Assembly (NCBI RefSeq): GCF_964204645.1 | Contig: NC_134035.1 | Coordinates: forward strand, 1,178,001-1,242,000 | Origin: Tubulanus polymorphus | Lineage: Eukaryota > Animalia > Nemertea | Direction: 5' to 3' | DNA: 64,000 nt | Shown: positions 1 to 12,650 of the stretch, piece by piece | Numbering within the stretch: the first letter of the stretch is position 1 | Layout of the letters: each line of letters begins with the position of its first letter | The notes under the pieces: model-generated | Seen by the model: only the letters and a program-made list of their open reading frames with translations | Database searches by the model: none | What the model was told of the DNA's origin: nothing | Translations under genes and position numbers: made by a program

Positions 1-147
1 TTTACAGCATACATTCCAAATGAATACTCGCATGTGTGCTAGTATTCTACCAGACATGGTCTCCTTACGATTATAGGTTTTGTATCTACTAATACCGCCA
101 CCAGCCTAGTACAATCTATTCGATGAATGCCGTTAAAAAGAACTAAC

Positions 148-279
148 TTTTTGATGTACATTGTTGGCGTCCATGTTCTTCTGACAAGCGTTCGCGTCTT
201 TCGGTACGGGATTTTTCCAGTCGGTCGAAGTCGCTTTCAATACGCAGCAACTTTTCGGCAATTTAATGCCGTTAGTTTG
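148..279 (-). CDS. Tetraspanin coding exon 6 (PxSCC motif)
   Basis: gtttcag|QTNGIKLPKSCCVLKATSTDWKNPVPKDANACQKNMDANNVHQK|gttagt. Confidence 0.9.
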
Positions 280-3200
280 CTGAAACAAACAATAAGTATT
301 TCATAAATTTTACAGCAAGAGTTATGGCGCTGAATACGTATTCTTGATTTAAATTTGACTCTCATGAACTACGAGTACTAGTCATAAGATCTAAGACCAC
401 TTTTTCATGACTGCTCACAGGGTGGCGCCAATTTCAACCCATTCACAAATCCCGCGAGTTTTCCCTGATTTTTCCATGTGATTAGATAATACAAAATTCC
501 TCCTGAGTGAATCAGAAAAATTTCTAGGTTTAAATTGTTACAATTCATTCATTTTCAGTGGATCTCATACTAATAAAGAAACACCAGATCAATAGAATTA
601 ACCAAATTCCAGTTTTCCAGGTTTTTGGTAAAATTTGTCAAATTCCCTGATATAAGTTCTTCTAGATTTTTCTGATCCCTCGAGTTCTCCAGGTTTTCCA
701 GGTCAGAACTGGGTCCAGCATATCAAAATGGAGACAACATTTTTAACTTACATTATTCTGCCAAGCACTTTGATCGTAATCAGTAATGCCGACAGCTCCA
801 CAGCATTTGAACTGCAATCGTAAACAAAAATACATAAGAAATTTTGAAGTTCTTTTTAATAATTTGGAGTACAAATACAAATTTCTTTAAAGAAAAAAAA
901 ATGAAAGGGGCCGAAGGGAAAAATTTTAAATCTATTTCTATCAAAATAGGGAAGAGATAAAGAAAAATACAGTTGTAGGAAAATTGTAAAACGATGAACT
1001 AGGTTTTCCTAGCTGGACGGATGAACGCAACAATAAAACCCCTCTGCGTACAAGAAGGATAAACCTACGCATACCTCAATTTGTGCATAGTTCCAGGCAT
1101 TGAGTAGAGCATTCCCAGGGAAAATCTTCTCTTTCACTTGTTTTTCCATTTCTGTTTTCAGACCTTTCGTCACCTGCAATAATTTCGAGATTATTTTCAA
1201 GCATCGTTCGGGGGACACAAAAAAATCTGGAAGCACAGGACCAAATTGGCGCGGTGAATTAATACAAAAAAAGGGGTAATGTCTATTTCAACTTGTTTTG
1301 AGAGCATATCAGGTGGCCTAGCTCAGTCAGTTTTGGTGGTACATACCTGTTAAAGTTTCATTAGGATCAGGATGGACTGGCAGTTGACCTAAAACATCGT
1401 TTTTTGATTCATTCTTCACTGTATTGAAAGATTGCAAATAAGTCTGCATTGAAAGACGAGAGAAAGAGAATGAACCCCTTTCAATGCAGACTTTTTTGCA
1501 ATCCTACAAGAATGGATTAAAAAACGATGTTTTAGGTCAACTGCCAGTGCTTTCTGGTCCTAATAAGACTTCTATCAGGTATGTACAATCAAACCTGACC
1601 GAGCAAGACCAACTGATCTACTCTCAAGTCAAGTTGAAATAGACATTAGTATTTGAAGATACAGGTGGAGGGAGGAGGGGATTCAAATAACGTACCTTTG
1701 CCTTGTAGATTATGACCAGCGCACCGGCAGCGATTTCACCACCCATAACAATCACCAGGAAGAAAATATACTGAAAGTCGATGGAATGAAGTGAAACATT
1801 AGTAAACGTTTGAGATAAAATGCAATCTGCAATAGGTGTTCGACGCATAATCAAGATATATATCATTCTGTGGAGAGGATCCAGGGGGACTTGTCAGACT
1901 TGTACAATCAAATTTAGGACTGGTGAAGATATTGATGAATTTAGGTCTCTGAATTCTGGCATCAACACTGAGAATTTTTTTACACAATCTAGCGTTACAT
2001 AATCTACTGAGCTATAACTGAATAGGTTTATTAATCAGGTTTCAATAACACATGCTTCCCTATGAACTAGTTATAACAAATGGCCACCGAAAAACTAGTT
2101 AAACAATAGGTTCGAAAATAGGCTATTTCAACATGTTAAACGGATCAATTTTCCCATGAATGAAAAACAAAATGCTGTCACTGTTTATAACTCAGTACAG
2201 CCAGTTAATATAGACTAGGTTTATCTACAAATCAGGTTCCCTACAGATCAGTCATTCCTGGATATACAGGATCCCTACAGATCAGTCATTCCTGGATATA
2301 CAGGATCCCTACAGATCAGTCATTCCTGGATATACAGGATCCCTACAGATCAGTCATTCCTGGATATACAGGATCCCTACAGATCAGTCATTCCTGGATA
2401 TACAGGATCCCTACAGATCAGTCATTCCTGGATATACAGGATCCCTACAGATCAGTCATTCCTGGATATACAGGATCCCTACAGATCAGTCATTCCTGGA
2501 TATACAGGGTCCCTACAGATCAGTCATTCCTGGATATACAGGGTTCCTACAGATCAGTCATTCCTGGATATACAGGGTTCCTACAGATCAGTCATTCCTG
2601 GATATACAGGATCCCTACAGATCAGTCATTCCTGGATATACAGGATCCCTACAGATCAGTCATTCCTGGATATACAGGGTTCCTACAGATCAGTCATTCC
2701 TGGATACAGGATCCCTACAGATCAGTCATACCTTGATATACAGGGTCCTTACAAATCAGTCATTCCTGGATATACAGGATCCCTATAGCTCGGTCATTCC
2801 CGGATATACAGGGTTCCTACAGATCAGTCATTCCTGGATATACAGGATCCCTACAGATCAGTCATTCCTGGATATACAGGATCCCTACAGATCAGTCATT
2901 CCTGGATATACAGGGTCCCTACAGATCAGTCATTCCTGGATATACAGGATCCCTACAGATCAGTCATTCCTGGATATACAGGATCCCTACAGATCAGTCA
3001 TTCCTGGATATACAGGGTCCCTACAGATCAGTCATTCCTGGATATACAGGATCCCTATAGCTCGGTCATTCCCGGATATACAGGGTTCCTACAGATCAGT
3101 CACTCCTGGATATACAGGATCCCTACAGATCAGTCATTCCTGGATATACAGGATCCCTACAGATCAGTCATTCCTGGATATACAGGGTCCCTACAGATCA

Positions 3201-4859
3201 GTCATTCCTGGATATACAGGATCCCTACAGATCAGTCATTCCTGGATATACAGGATCCCTACAGATCAGTCATTCCTGGATATACAGGGTCCCTACAGAT
3301 CAGTCATTCCTGGATATACAGGATCCCTACAGATCAGTCATTCCTGGATATACAGGGTCCCTACAGATCAGTCATTCCTGGATATACAGGATCCCTACAG
3401 ATCAGTCATTCCTGGATATACAGGGTCCCTACAGATCAGTCATTCCTGGATATACAGGATCCCTACAGCTCGATCATTCCTGGATATACAGGGTCCCTAC
3501 AGATCAGTAATTCCTGGATATACAGGGTCCCTACAGATCAGTCATTCCTGGATATACAGGATCCCTACAGATCAGTCATTCCTGGATCAGTCATTCCTGG
3601 ATATACAGGATCCCTACAGCTCGATCATTCCTGGATATAAGGAGTTTTAAAGAAGAAAATTTCTATTTCATTCCTAACTTGGGGTTTCTTGCGTTTCGGC
3701 TGTGCGTCACCGCAGTTAACTGTAAATCAGATACACGACAACAGCGGACTACATACCATTCCCAGCATACATCTACTTTCTTTGATCGCTCCACAACAAC
3801 CGAAGAATCCGACGATGAACACGAAACAACCCAATCCGATCAGTATATAGGAGGCGAGCGAAAGGTACTGGTCTTCGGTCTGTATGATGTTCAAGTATTG
3901 TAGGATGCCTGGGTCGACTCGTAGCCATATTCCGACGCCCAATATAGCAGCACCTGACAACTGAAATTATCAATTCATTATTAGGTGAAAAAATCTAGTC
4001 TACGCCTAATGTCAAATTATACCGGACTATTAGTAACAAATTGAATTTTTTCAGTAACATTTTATTGAAATATGAAAGAAAATGTTCAATTTATTCAGTA
4101 ATGAACGGTAAGACCCTCAGTAACATCTTTCATATTTCTGTTCAAATTAATCAGTAATCAACAGTAAGACTCTTAGTAACATCTTTCATATTCCTGTTCA
4201 AATTAATCAGTAATCAACAGTAAGACTCTCAGTAACATCTTTCATATTCCTGTTCAAATTAATCAGTAATCAACAGTAAGACTCTCAGTAACATCTTTCA
4301 TATTTCTGTACAAATCAATCAGTTATCAACAGTAAGACTTTCAGTAACATCTTACATATTCCTGTACGCATCAAACAAATGAAATCAGTATAAGCGTGGA
4401 TAGATTAGAAAACAATTCTATTGGCTCGATATAATCCGCATCAACACGAGTTCTCTTCTTCATAGACGATGAACACTAAATAATAATGTTATGTCAATAA
4501 ATGAGATAATCATTTAAGCACGAAATGCTATCGCACGTTTTCGCGATTAACCTAGATGAATCTAATAAGTACTAAATCGTGTAACAATGAAGCGAACTCG
4601 GTTTATATGACGACGCACACTGGAAGTGATTCCCTCATCTCGCACACGCTCGCGAGGCCATATTAGACTTCCTCACCCGTGAGAAGAGAACCTATTAATT
4701 GATACCGCTGCGAATATAGCCATTTCTGAATAGTTATTAATTGAATATTGCGACGATCGGTTACCGGTTATTTCTACGACAATCGATACTCACCCAGAAC
4801 ACAAAGTTGAATACTATAAGAAGTATTTTCGCGCATTTAGCTCCACAACCGACGGCCAT
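148..4859 (-). CDS. Tetraspanin (TSPAN1/TSPAN18-like), 3'-partial; coding exons 4794-4859, 3757-3960, 1696-1770, 1075-1173, 752-811, 148-279
   Basis: Spliced translation MAVGCGAKCAKILLIVFNFVFW|LSGAAILGVGIWLRVDP...GFFGCCGAIKESRCMLGM|YIFFLVIVMGGEIAAGALVIIYKAK|VTKGL...AWNYAQIE|FKCCGAVGITDY...|...LPKSCC...NVHQK. It shows TM1-3, the GCCGA motif and the EC2 CCG and PxSCC motifs. All introns are GT-AG, phase 0. TM4 lies left of the window. Confidence 0.95.
752..811 (-). CDS. Tetraspanin coding exon 5 (CCG motif)
   Basis: gattgcag|FKCCGAVGITDYDQSAWQNN|gtaagt. Confidence 0.92.
1075..1173 (-). CDS. Tetraspanin coding exon 4 (EC2 helices)
   Basis: attgcag|VTKGLKTEMEKQVKEKIFPGNALLNAWNYAQIE|gtatgc. Confidence 0.9.
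1277..1648. repeat. Long imperfect inverted repeat (foldback) in a tetraspanin intron
   Basis: Arms of about 175 bp (1277-1455 and 1478-1648): taatgtctatttcaacttg...aagtctgcattgaaag versus ctttcaatgcagactt...caagttgaaatagacatta. Confidence 0.9.
1696..1770 (-). CDS. Tetraspanin coding exon 3 (TM3)
   Basis: ctttcag|YIFFLVIVMGGEIAAGALVIIYKAK|gtacgt. Confidence 0.93.
2238..3640. repeat. 34-bp minisatellite, about 41 copies
   Basis: Unit ccctacagatcagtcattcctggatatacaggat. Confidence 0.97.
3757..3960 (-). CDS. Tetraspanin coding exon 2
   Basis: atttcag|LSGAAILGVGIW...GCCGAIKESRCMLGM|gtatgt. Confidence 0.95.
4095..4365. repeat. 56-bp minisatellite (about 4.5 copies)
   Basis: Unit aattaatcagtaatcaacagtaagactctcagtaacatctttcatattcctgttca; also at 48005-48175. 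Confidence 0.9.
4794..4859 (-). CDS. Tetraspanin coding exon 1 (ATG at 4859)
   Basis: MAVGCGAKCAKILLIVFNFVFW, then donor GTGAGT. An upstream acceptor (ttcttgcag, exon starting at 4878) implies a further 5' UTR exon. Confidence 0.93.
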
Positions 4860-5522
4860 TTTGAATACGTTTGATTATCTGCAAGAATAAAACATTTCGA
4901 TAATAAGACTGCAATAATAAACAATAGTTTATGTACGGGGATTTTGAGGAAAAGTGACAGTTACATTGACAGGGTCACTATCTTAGTGAGTAGCGGACAA
5001 TCTAGTTTTACTATAACACAATGATCTAACCAGTGTCACCACCTATAAGGTAAAGTTTTATCAAGCAGGTAGTAGACTTGTTTCATTTGTAGTATCACAC
5101 AATACAAACAGTGCTGTCATCTACAGGGCAAAGTTTGATCTCGTGGGCAGCAGATAATCAAGCTAAGAAATGCTCAGTTCGAAAAAATGTGTTTTACCAT
5201 AAATTGTTAAAGACATTTGATAAAATACCTTGCGAATTTTGGGGATGCCCGACACTTCCACTAAACGTAAAACTGTCGAAGCAACGATATATTTCTGAAG
5301 TCGTGGATTGGAAACAGTTTAATTTGTTAGCTGCGTGGAGGGAGGGAGTGGGGTAGATATACAGATGACAGCATGGCAGCCATGTCATTCTCCCACAAAA
5401 TCAACCTTAATTTAATACATCACCATCATCGCAGTAACATCATATTACTGTAATATATTCAAATCGATATAAAACCAGAAACAGAATACTGTAGTGTGAT
5501 CAATGATATAGGAGCGGTTTTC

Positions 5523-5526
<4 letters not shown>

Positions 5527-5573
<47 letters not shown>
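5527..5573. repeat. (AT)n microsatellite
   Basis: Read directly from the sequence. Confidence 0.95.
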
Positions 5574-5577
<4 letters not shown>

Positions 5578-7000
5578 GCATTTCCATGTCGCCGAAACTT
5601 TTTTAAGTATAAATTTGGAAAGGAACCAAATATTGAACTTTCATTTTATCTCATGGAGAAATTCGAATCTTCCGCTGTACGAGGCCTGCAGGAGTTCCGC
5701 GAAAACAGATTCGCGGGTTATGATCATGATCTCCTATCCAAAGGTTTCCAGGGCTCCACGAACAACCCCTGAAGCCGAGCGATCTACTCGAGCGAAGAAT
5801 ATCTCGCTCGAACGTAATTGTATCAGGACAGACTAAAAAGCGACTAATAATTTAAAAAAAAAAAAAAAAACTTAAGCCCCAGAGAATGAAGATATCTAAA
5901 TTCAGAGGAAGATGAAGGGATATATATTACGGAGACCTAGGGCATATTTTGCAATGATAAAACAGATATCCCGGCAGCACGCCAGACGGTAATACGTCTA
6001 TTTATGTCCACGTATGTTATACGTCTCTTTGAAGATCGTCGTTTGACGCGGGTTTTATTTCTGGAGATGATCTGATGATCTTTCCAACAACAACAACAAC
6101 AACGACAACGTAAGAGATATTAACAAATAACCACAGGCAGAAAGACTTTATAATACATAGCATTTCCTGCATATACCAGGGCTGCACAATACGACACCAT
6201 ATCATCATACCCAGTGACCAGGAAAACCATCCATTTACAAATCCGCCGAGCTTTCCCTGACTTTTCCATCTTATAACACACAAATTTCTAGGTTTAAAAT
6301 GATACAATTCATTTTTCATTGAATCACGCATTGATAATCAATAAATGGTCAATAGCATTATCCAAATTCCCAGAGTTTTCCCTGATTTTTCTGATATAGT
6401 CGGAGGGCAATTCACTCGAATGGGAAATCTATGTTAGAGCTTGGCAACAACCAGTTTCAGATTCAGGATACCGTGGAGAGTCAGAGAAACCATGCTGCCA
6501 TTTTTTCTATTGTTGTCTTAGTTGCCATACCCTGAGATTTCCAGGTTTTTGAGGTCAGTGGCGCCACCCTGCTGCCCACACCAAGCCATACAATACTACA
6601 TCGCGCCAGGTCACACGTTCATAAGCTTATGAAATAACTTCCACCCCTCCATTTAATCAAGTAAAGTGCCCGATTGAACCAGTCTATATTTAGATTTCCG
6701 AGAAAATTGTCGACGCAGCGCTGTAAAAGATCGACCTTTTCTACATCGTCCTCTTTGAAATCGATATCGTCATCGATGTGATCTTCATTATAGAAATTGA
6801 TCAAAGATGATGATGGTAGGTAAGACCATTTCTAACCGGTAATAAGGTCCTATTTTTGCCAATAAAATAAATTTTCCACGGGTTTATGAAAACCATGAGA
6901 AGATGTATTGTAACTTGTACCGGTATGTAAAAAAAAATACGGATACTAGTGAACGTAAATAAATCGAAGCTATTCTGTTTTCTGTAATAAAAATTGTTAA

Positions 7001-7289
7001 CCCTTTCAGTGCGTCTACACCGCAGTGCAGTGTATAAATCAGTGATGGATTTTGCTAGTACACCGCACTGCGGTGTATTGATGTAATTAGTAATTTGTAA
7101 TTATCTCTATTGAAAAATGGCAGCAAGTGTCAAACATAGTGAAATACTAGTAACTAACGATACACCGCACTGCGGTGTAGACGCACTATAGTGGTATTCC
7201 CATTGTTCAACACACTAGGGTGGAATTTTTTTAGAATTTTCAAATTTTCTTCAGCATTATAGGGTATTAATTAGTCAGCACTGAAAGGG
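7001..7289. mobile_element. piggyBac-type MITE
   Basis: TTAA|CCCTTTCAGTGC...GCACTGAAAGGG|TTAA: terminal inverted repeats with a TTAA TSD. Confidence 0.85.
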
Positions 7290-10200
7290 TTAATTTGTCA
7301 CTTTCACTTCATATATAGGTATACCTTTCACTTCCAACTAGGAAACATACTCGAGAAAATAAGTTTCTGCTCGGGTTAGCAAAGGCGCTACCATCCGTAT
7401 GGAATATTGGAAAACATTCAAAATCAGTCTATTCTAATCTTAAAAGCAGCAATTTTTCCTGAAATATTTTCTCGTTAATCCGAGAGCATTATGAAAAGAT
7501 ATGTGGCTGAATCCTTTCCGCACGTTCGGACAAGCCAGTTCACCAGGTATCATCTCATCGGTAAAAAATGTACCGAGCAATAAAAATCCAGATGTGTTTG
7601 CAAAATATTTGCAGTAATTCGTGTTATTCGTGTGTGTAACGCACAACGAGGGAGGGAGGAGTTTATTGTGCAGCCCCTGGGATCACCTGATACACATTGT
7701 GCGGAGAAAAAACAGTGCGAGAGAGAGAGAGAGAGCTCTATACTGATGCTGCCATATACTGCGAAATGGTACTGGTAGTCGGGGCTGCTATTACTATTCA
7801 TTCAGGGTTGGATCTAGAGTCTGATTCAAGGAGGGGTGAACCCACAAAATAGGGCATATCATATAATTAAAAGGGCACCCTGATAGAAAGCTAACCAGCA
7901 TTTTACCGAGATAAGCTTTTACGAAATGAACATTTTTCAGGTATCAGTGTAATTTATTTCATTTTATCGCAAAATTTCTGGGCAACTTTACGTTTTCAGA
8001 AGGGAACATGTTTGCATACCCCCTATACCCTCTCCTTGGATCCACCCTTGTAAATCTCACATCAAGCTACTAATATCTAGTCGTCTCAAAGTCTTATCGT
8101 CGAAATCTTTTAAATCCATTAAGTTCATCTTTTTAAACCTATTTGTTTTAATGTATTTTATTGACGTATTGATAATTCATTGTCGAGAATTGCTGCAATG
8201 ATTGCTGCATCTTTGTTTTTAATCCTCGTCTCATTTTATGTTAAGTGCAGGGATTACTCTTTTGCGCTACATACATATTAAGAAAAGGGCTAAAAAATTG
8301 ATACCTCATTTCTCTCTGTTAAGCTTAAAAGTTGACCCGACCTGCCTATCTACCCTGTACATTACTTGTACCGTAGATCATTTTGGAAAAAATACTACAA
8401 GTTGAGTTTTCAAACGCTATTAAAAATGTGAAAATTCCTGTAACCTTCAATGTTTAAAGAATATTCTAGGGGCCCAAATATAGCGGAACTCCTGAAATGT
8501 TTTTTTGCGAGGGGGCTTCACAAGTGAACCTTGTAAAACCCCTTGCTACACCTGCACTAGTCTATACTGGAGTTCCACTGTGTATAAAGAATAAGTCGAC
8601 TACACTCGGCACTGCAGCAACGCGAGCCGCTCTTATACACCACTTGCCATCTTGGACTGGGGTAACACGGTGTGGCATCGCCTGATTGTTGTTGCCATGG
8701 TGATTGAATCTTGTCGTCGGATGATCCAGGGTGGTGTCTATGCCACGGTGTAGCGTGCTGCCACTGCTGTGACAGCACCGCGGGGCAACGACCCACCATA
8801 TCTACTCTTTCACAAATCTAGATTCTTTGATATTTGACCTTCATGTAGTATTGGGGGGGAGGGGGGGGAGGGGAGGCGTTGCAGGATGCGGATACTACAT
8901 GGCTCAGGAATGGAAAAGCCGGGTCGAGAAGAAATGGTATTTTTCAGATAAAGCATGATCCGTGTTAAAGCCACTAACAGGGTCCCACCCTCGGTGTTAA
9001 TACATTTTCTACAAAATACGTCCTAAAAGATGCAAATTCCAAGTGGATTCCAACCTGGAATTCCGAGTGGCAAATTTGCAGGTTTTAACGATCGCTGTCT
9101 TGACGAAGAAGGCAACCTCAATGTGAAGGCAGGGGTCCAGACACCTGAGACCAACCCCTAAATCCACCCCTCACAATGACCACCTAGTCGATCCTCGCGA
9201 GTCACTTGTCACAGTATAGGTCGTGCAGTCAAAAATAGCAATAGGCCTGAGGTCTGCTGAGCGTATTAGCATAAATGTTTCAATTTACCGCAGCTGATTT
9301 TGACCCAAAGTCAGGTCGTAATTGTAGCTAATTCAAGCTGTTAGTAATGTACGAATATATAAAAACAGTATGGGACCAAACTGTCTGGTTTCACTGTATA
9401 CACATATATTACAAATGATTTTGATAAGGACAAAATGTGGCAACGAGCAATGTAGGCATGCAACAGAACCGGCTTTTTAGAATCGAGGTTTTTTACGCAG
9501 ATTTGGTCAGCCGACTCTGAAACTAATTACAGAGAAGTCATATAATTCGAATGGCTTGAGGACCAAGGACAAAGTTAAAGTTTAAACAAAATTAATCATA
9601 ATCGTGAAGAAATTTCACATTCATACAGCGAATGAGGACTCATAATAACGTGGACATTTATGAAGAACCATTTCTTATAATCATTTGTGTATTATTAGAT
9701 GTCACATTAGACATGATCTTAACTCCTGAATACAATGATCTCATATAACCTGGTCACTCCCTTAACCAGTGTATATATATACAATATAACAACAACTCCA
9801 CCCAAGTATTTCTTAAAATAGTTTTAACTCGTGACCTGACGATGAAAAGTATAACGCAAGAAGCTTAATAAGTTATGAATGACGCAGATCTATCTTAAAA
9901 ACGCGTCATCAACAGAATTCGACCAAGGACTCGAATGACACAATTATTCTATAGTCTATTCCTCATTAAATAGAAAACAAAAACTCTCCAAGTTTTTCAA
10001 CTACTGCCGTATAAGAGCACAAACGACTATTGCGACTTCGCCTATTTTGTTCCAATTTCTGCCTAAACAGATTTTCAAAGAACGCAGAGGCGTTTTGTCA
10101 AAGTAAAGGTCGGTCAATGAATAATAATCTATAGATACAACCTCTAATCAGAAATCATTCGTCGAATGCCCCACAGTTTTATATAGTAATGGTTTAACCA

Positions 10201-11619
10201 CCACGAGTGGAACGCCCCACAATTTAACATATTGACGTATATTGACGTATTTAACGTATAATATATACGTTATAACAGCTGCGAGTCAATTACATTTTTC
10301 GAGCTATCGGATCAAAATTGGTCAACATTCCAAATTCTTTTCTTTATTTGTTCAATTTGACAAACGCACCGACATGCAGCCGGATCAGATAGCTGATTGA
10401 ATGTAACGAAACTGATCTAAATGCGCCATAAAATGAGTTGAAAGCCTTACTGATGTTTGAAGTTATATCCAGACCCTTTAGGGGGTGTGTATATGACTTA
10501 AGAACCAAATATAGAACAGACTGGAACGAGATCCATGCTGACATATGCAGAAAATGGTCAATATATAAAGAAAGCATGCAGTTCGTGACTGAAGTTCATC
10601 GATACATATAGCATTACATATACATTAGCAAAAACAATAGTTCTGGATCCAGTTCCACAGTTTTAAGTTAAGATTTGACTCTTAAGAGTTAACTCATTGA
10701 AAATGAACTGATTTTAACTCAAGATTTAGCTCGGATCTTGCGCTTAATTTAGAGAATAGTCAAAACTCATAAATCTTGAAGTTTGAAGATTTATTTCGTT
10801 ATATTTAATTTAGAATATAAAAGTATTCTCTCAATTCATAAATCATTGTTTTGAAATATTTTTTGTCACCAGTGGAAAAATACTATATTTTCTGAATGCA
10901 TTACGACTGAATGAATTTTTTCACCGGTTTTTTAAAAGAGGAAGTATTTTCCTGTGGGATATTGTGGCATATCTTGATAGTAGGCCCAGTAACTTCCTGA
11001 TCTCTACCGTCCGCTTTTGAATTTGAATATTATTTTTGTCACAGTCAAATAGAACAGAATGTCCAGGTTTTTGTGATGCTTAAATAGCACTAACAATAGT
11101 ATTACTACCACAATTTATAAAATGATTCACTAATAACTGAAAATTATTATGAAATATAGTGCCGTAATTATCACGTGAAGTTTCGTAACTGGAATGAATA
11201 CTATCATCATATGTACTATAATAAATACAATTTTTAACCCGATAAAATCATAGATCATTTCGAATATAAATGAATATATGAATTATAAAAAAAAACCACT
11301 TGTAAAAGATCAAATGTTAAATGGTATAAATTACGTGTCTCGATCCTCCTAGAAACACGCCGGATATTTCAACATTTGTTGTTGTCAAATGAACGAGCAA
11401 AAACCAATATTATTCATATAGAAATTGACTATTGAGTTTCTCTCCCCATCACGACAACCAGTAACAAATATACTGCTGGCATATGCCAAGAGACAAATGG
11501 ATGAACCTTAAACCCAATCAATGACCGAATGAGATGGCCCAGAATATTGCGATTTGGATATTCTTCAAACCTACGAGCCTTAGACTGCTGGTAGTGAAAA
11601 ACTGGCCGACTGGTACTAC

Positions 11620-11825
11620 CACAATTCAAACACATAAACCCCGGACTGATGAGAGACCAGTGAAAGACTGACTGACGGCTCAAACACATGAACCCAGGAT
11701 TGATGTGAGACCAGTGAAAGACTGACTGACTGCTAACACCAGGATTCAAACACATGAACCCAGGATTGATGTGAGACCAGTGAAAGACTGACTGACTGCT
11801 AACACCAGGATTCAAACACATGAAT
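11620..11825. repeat. 60-bp tandem repeat
   Basis: ttcaaacacatgaacccaggattgatgtgagaccagtgaaagactgactgactgctaacaccagga, about 3 copies. Confidence 0.85.
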
Positions 11826-12390
11826 CCTGCATTGACAAGTGACCATGGTGGCAAACTGATGGTCCCACAGGTGATTCCGGGCGTCATTCGTTAAATCCTG
11901 TGATAAATATTCTGTAGATTCTGACAACATGCCGTAAGCAATGGGGCGGGTTTATAAATGGCGTGATGTTTCAGCATCAGGGGCTTCATGTGTTGCTCTC
12001 TTTTGCTATGACTCAACGCAGTGTAAATAATTCATATTCCCATCACGTGCGGGGAGGAGAAGGCAGGGGAGGGGAGTATAGGGAGCAACTGATATTATAT
12101 GTGCAGTCCGTTGTGTCAGCAAACAATAATCAGCCATTGACGTAGTTGTTGTAGTCATCAGTATAAATCTGTGTTAATAAATCAGGTTTGTAACGAGACT
12201 GCTGCAGTGTTGTCTTAACCCTTTACATTTCATCCATATACAACACACCGATGTTGTATTGCTTTTAGAGCCAGCAGTCTCCTGGTTCGAGGATCACTGG
12301 ATGAGTTCATTCTAAATTTAGCATTCACTTATTTCACAATATATGGCTTTTAGCTCCCACATATTCCATGGGCATCTGTAGACACCATCT

Positions 12391-12650
12391 TTCCATTTCT
12401 GAACTTACACCAAGCTCTACTGGTGAATGCCACCAGTTCCATTTCTGGACTTACACCAAGCTCTACTGGTGAATGCCACCAGTTCCATTTCTGGACTTAC
12501 ACCAAGCTCTACTGGTGAATGCCACCAGTTCCATTTCTGGACTTACACCAAGCTCTACTGGTGAATACCACCAGTTCCATTTCTGGACTTACACCAAGCT
12601 CTACTGGTGAATGCCACCAGTTCCATTTCTGAACTTAACCATAGCTCTAT
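12391..12650. repeat. 46-bp minisatellite (about 5.5 copies)
   Basis: Unit ttccatttctggacttacaccaagctctactggtgaatgccaccag. Confidence 0.92.

Noticed and set aside
2238-3640. CRISPR-like array (34-bp palindromic repeat)
   Set aside because: There are no unique spacers and no cas genes, and it lies in a eukaryotic intron.
2733-3650. 305-aa + strand ORF
   Set aside because: It is entirely the 34-bp minisatellite read through three frames, has a non-ATG start and is antisense within a tetraspanin intron.
11429-11887. 152-aa ORF, and a CTGATGA...GAAA hammerhead-like word at about 11645
   Set aside because: The ORF is generated by the 60-bp tandem repeat. The motif has no stem II and is absent from sister units.
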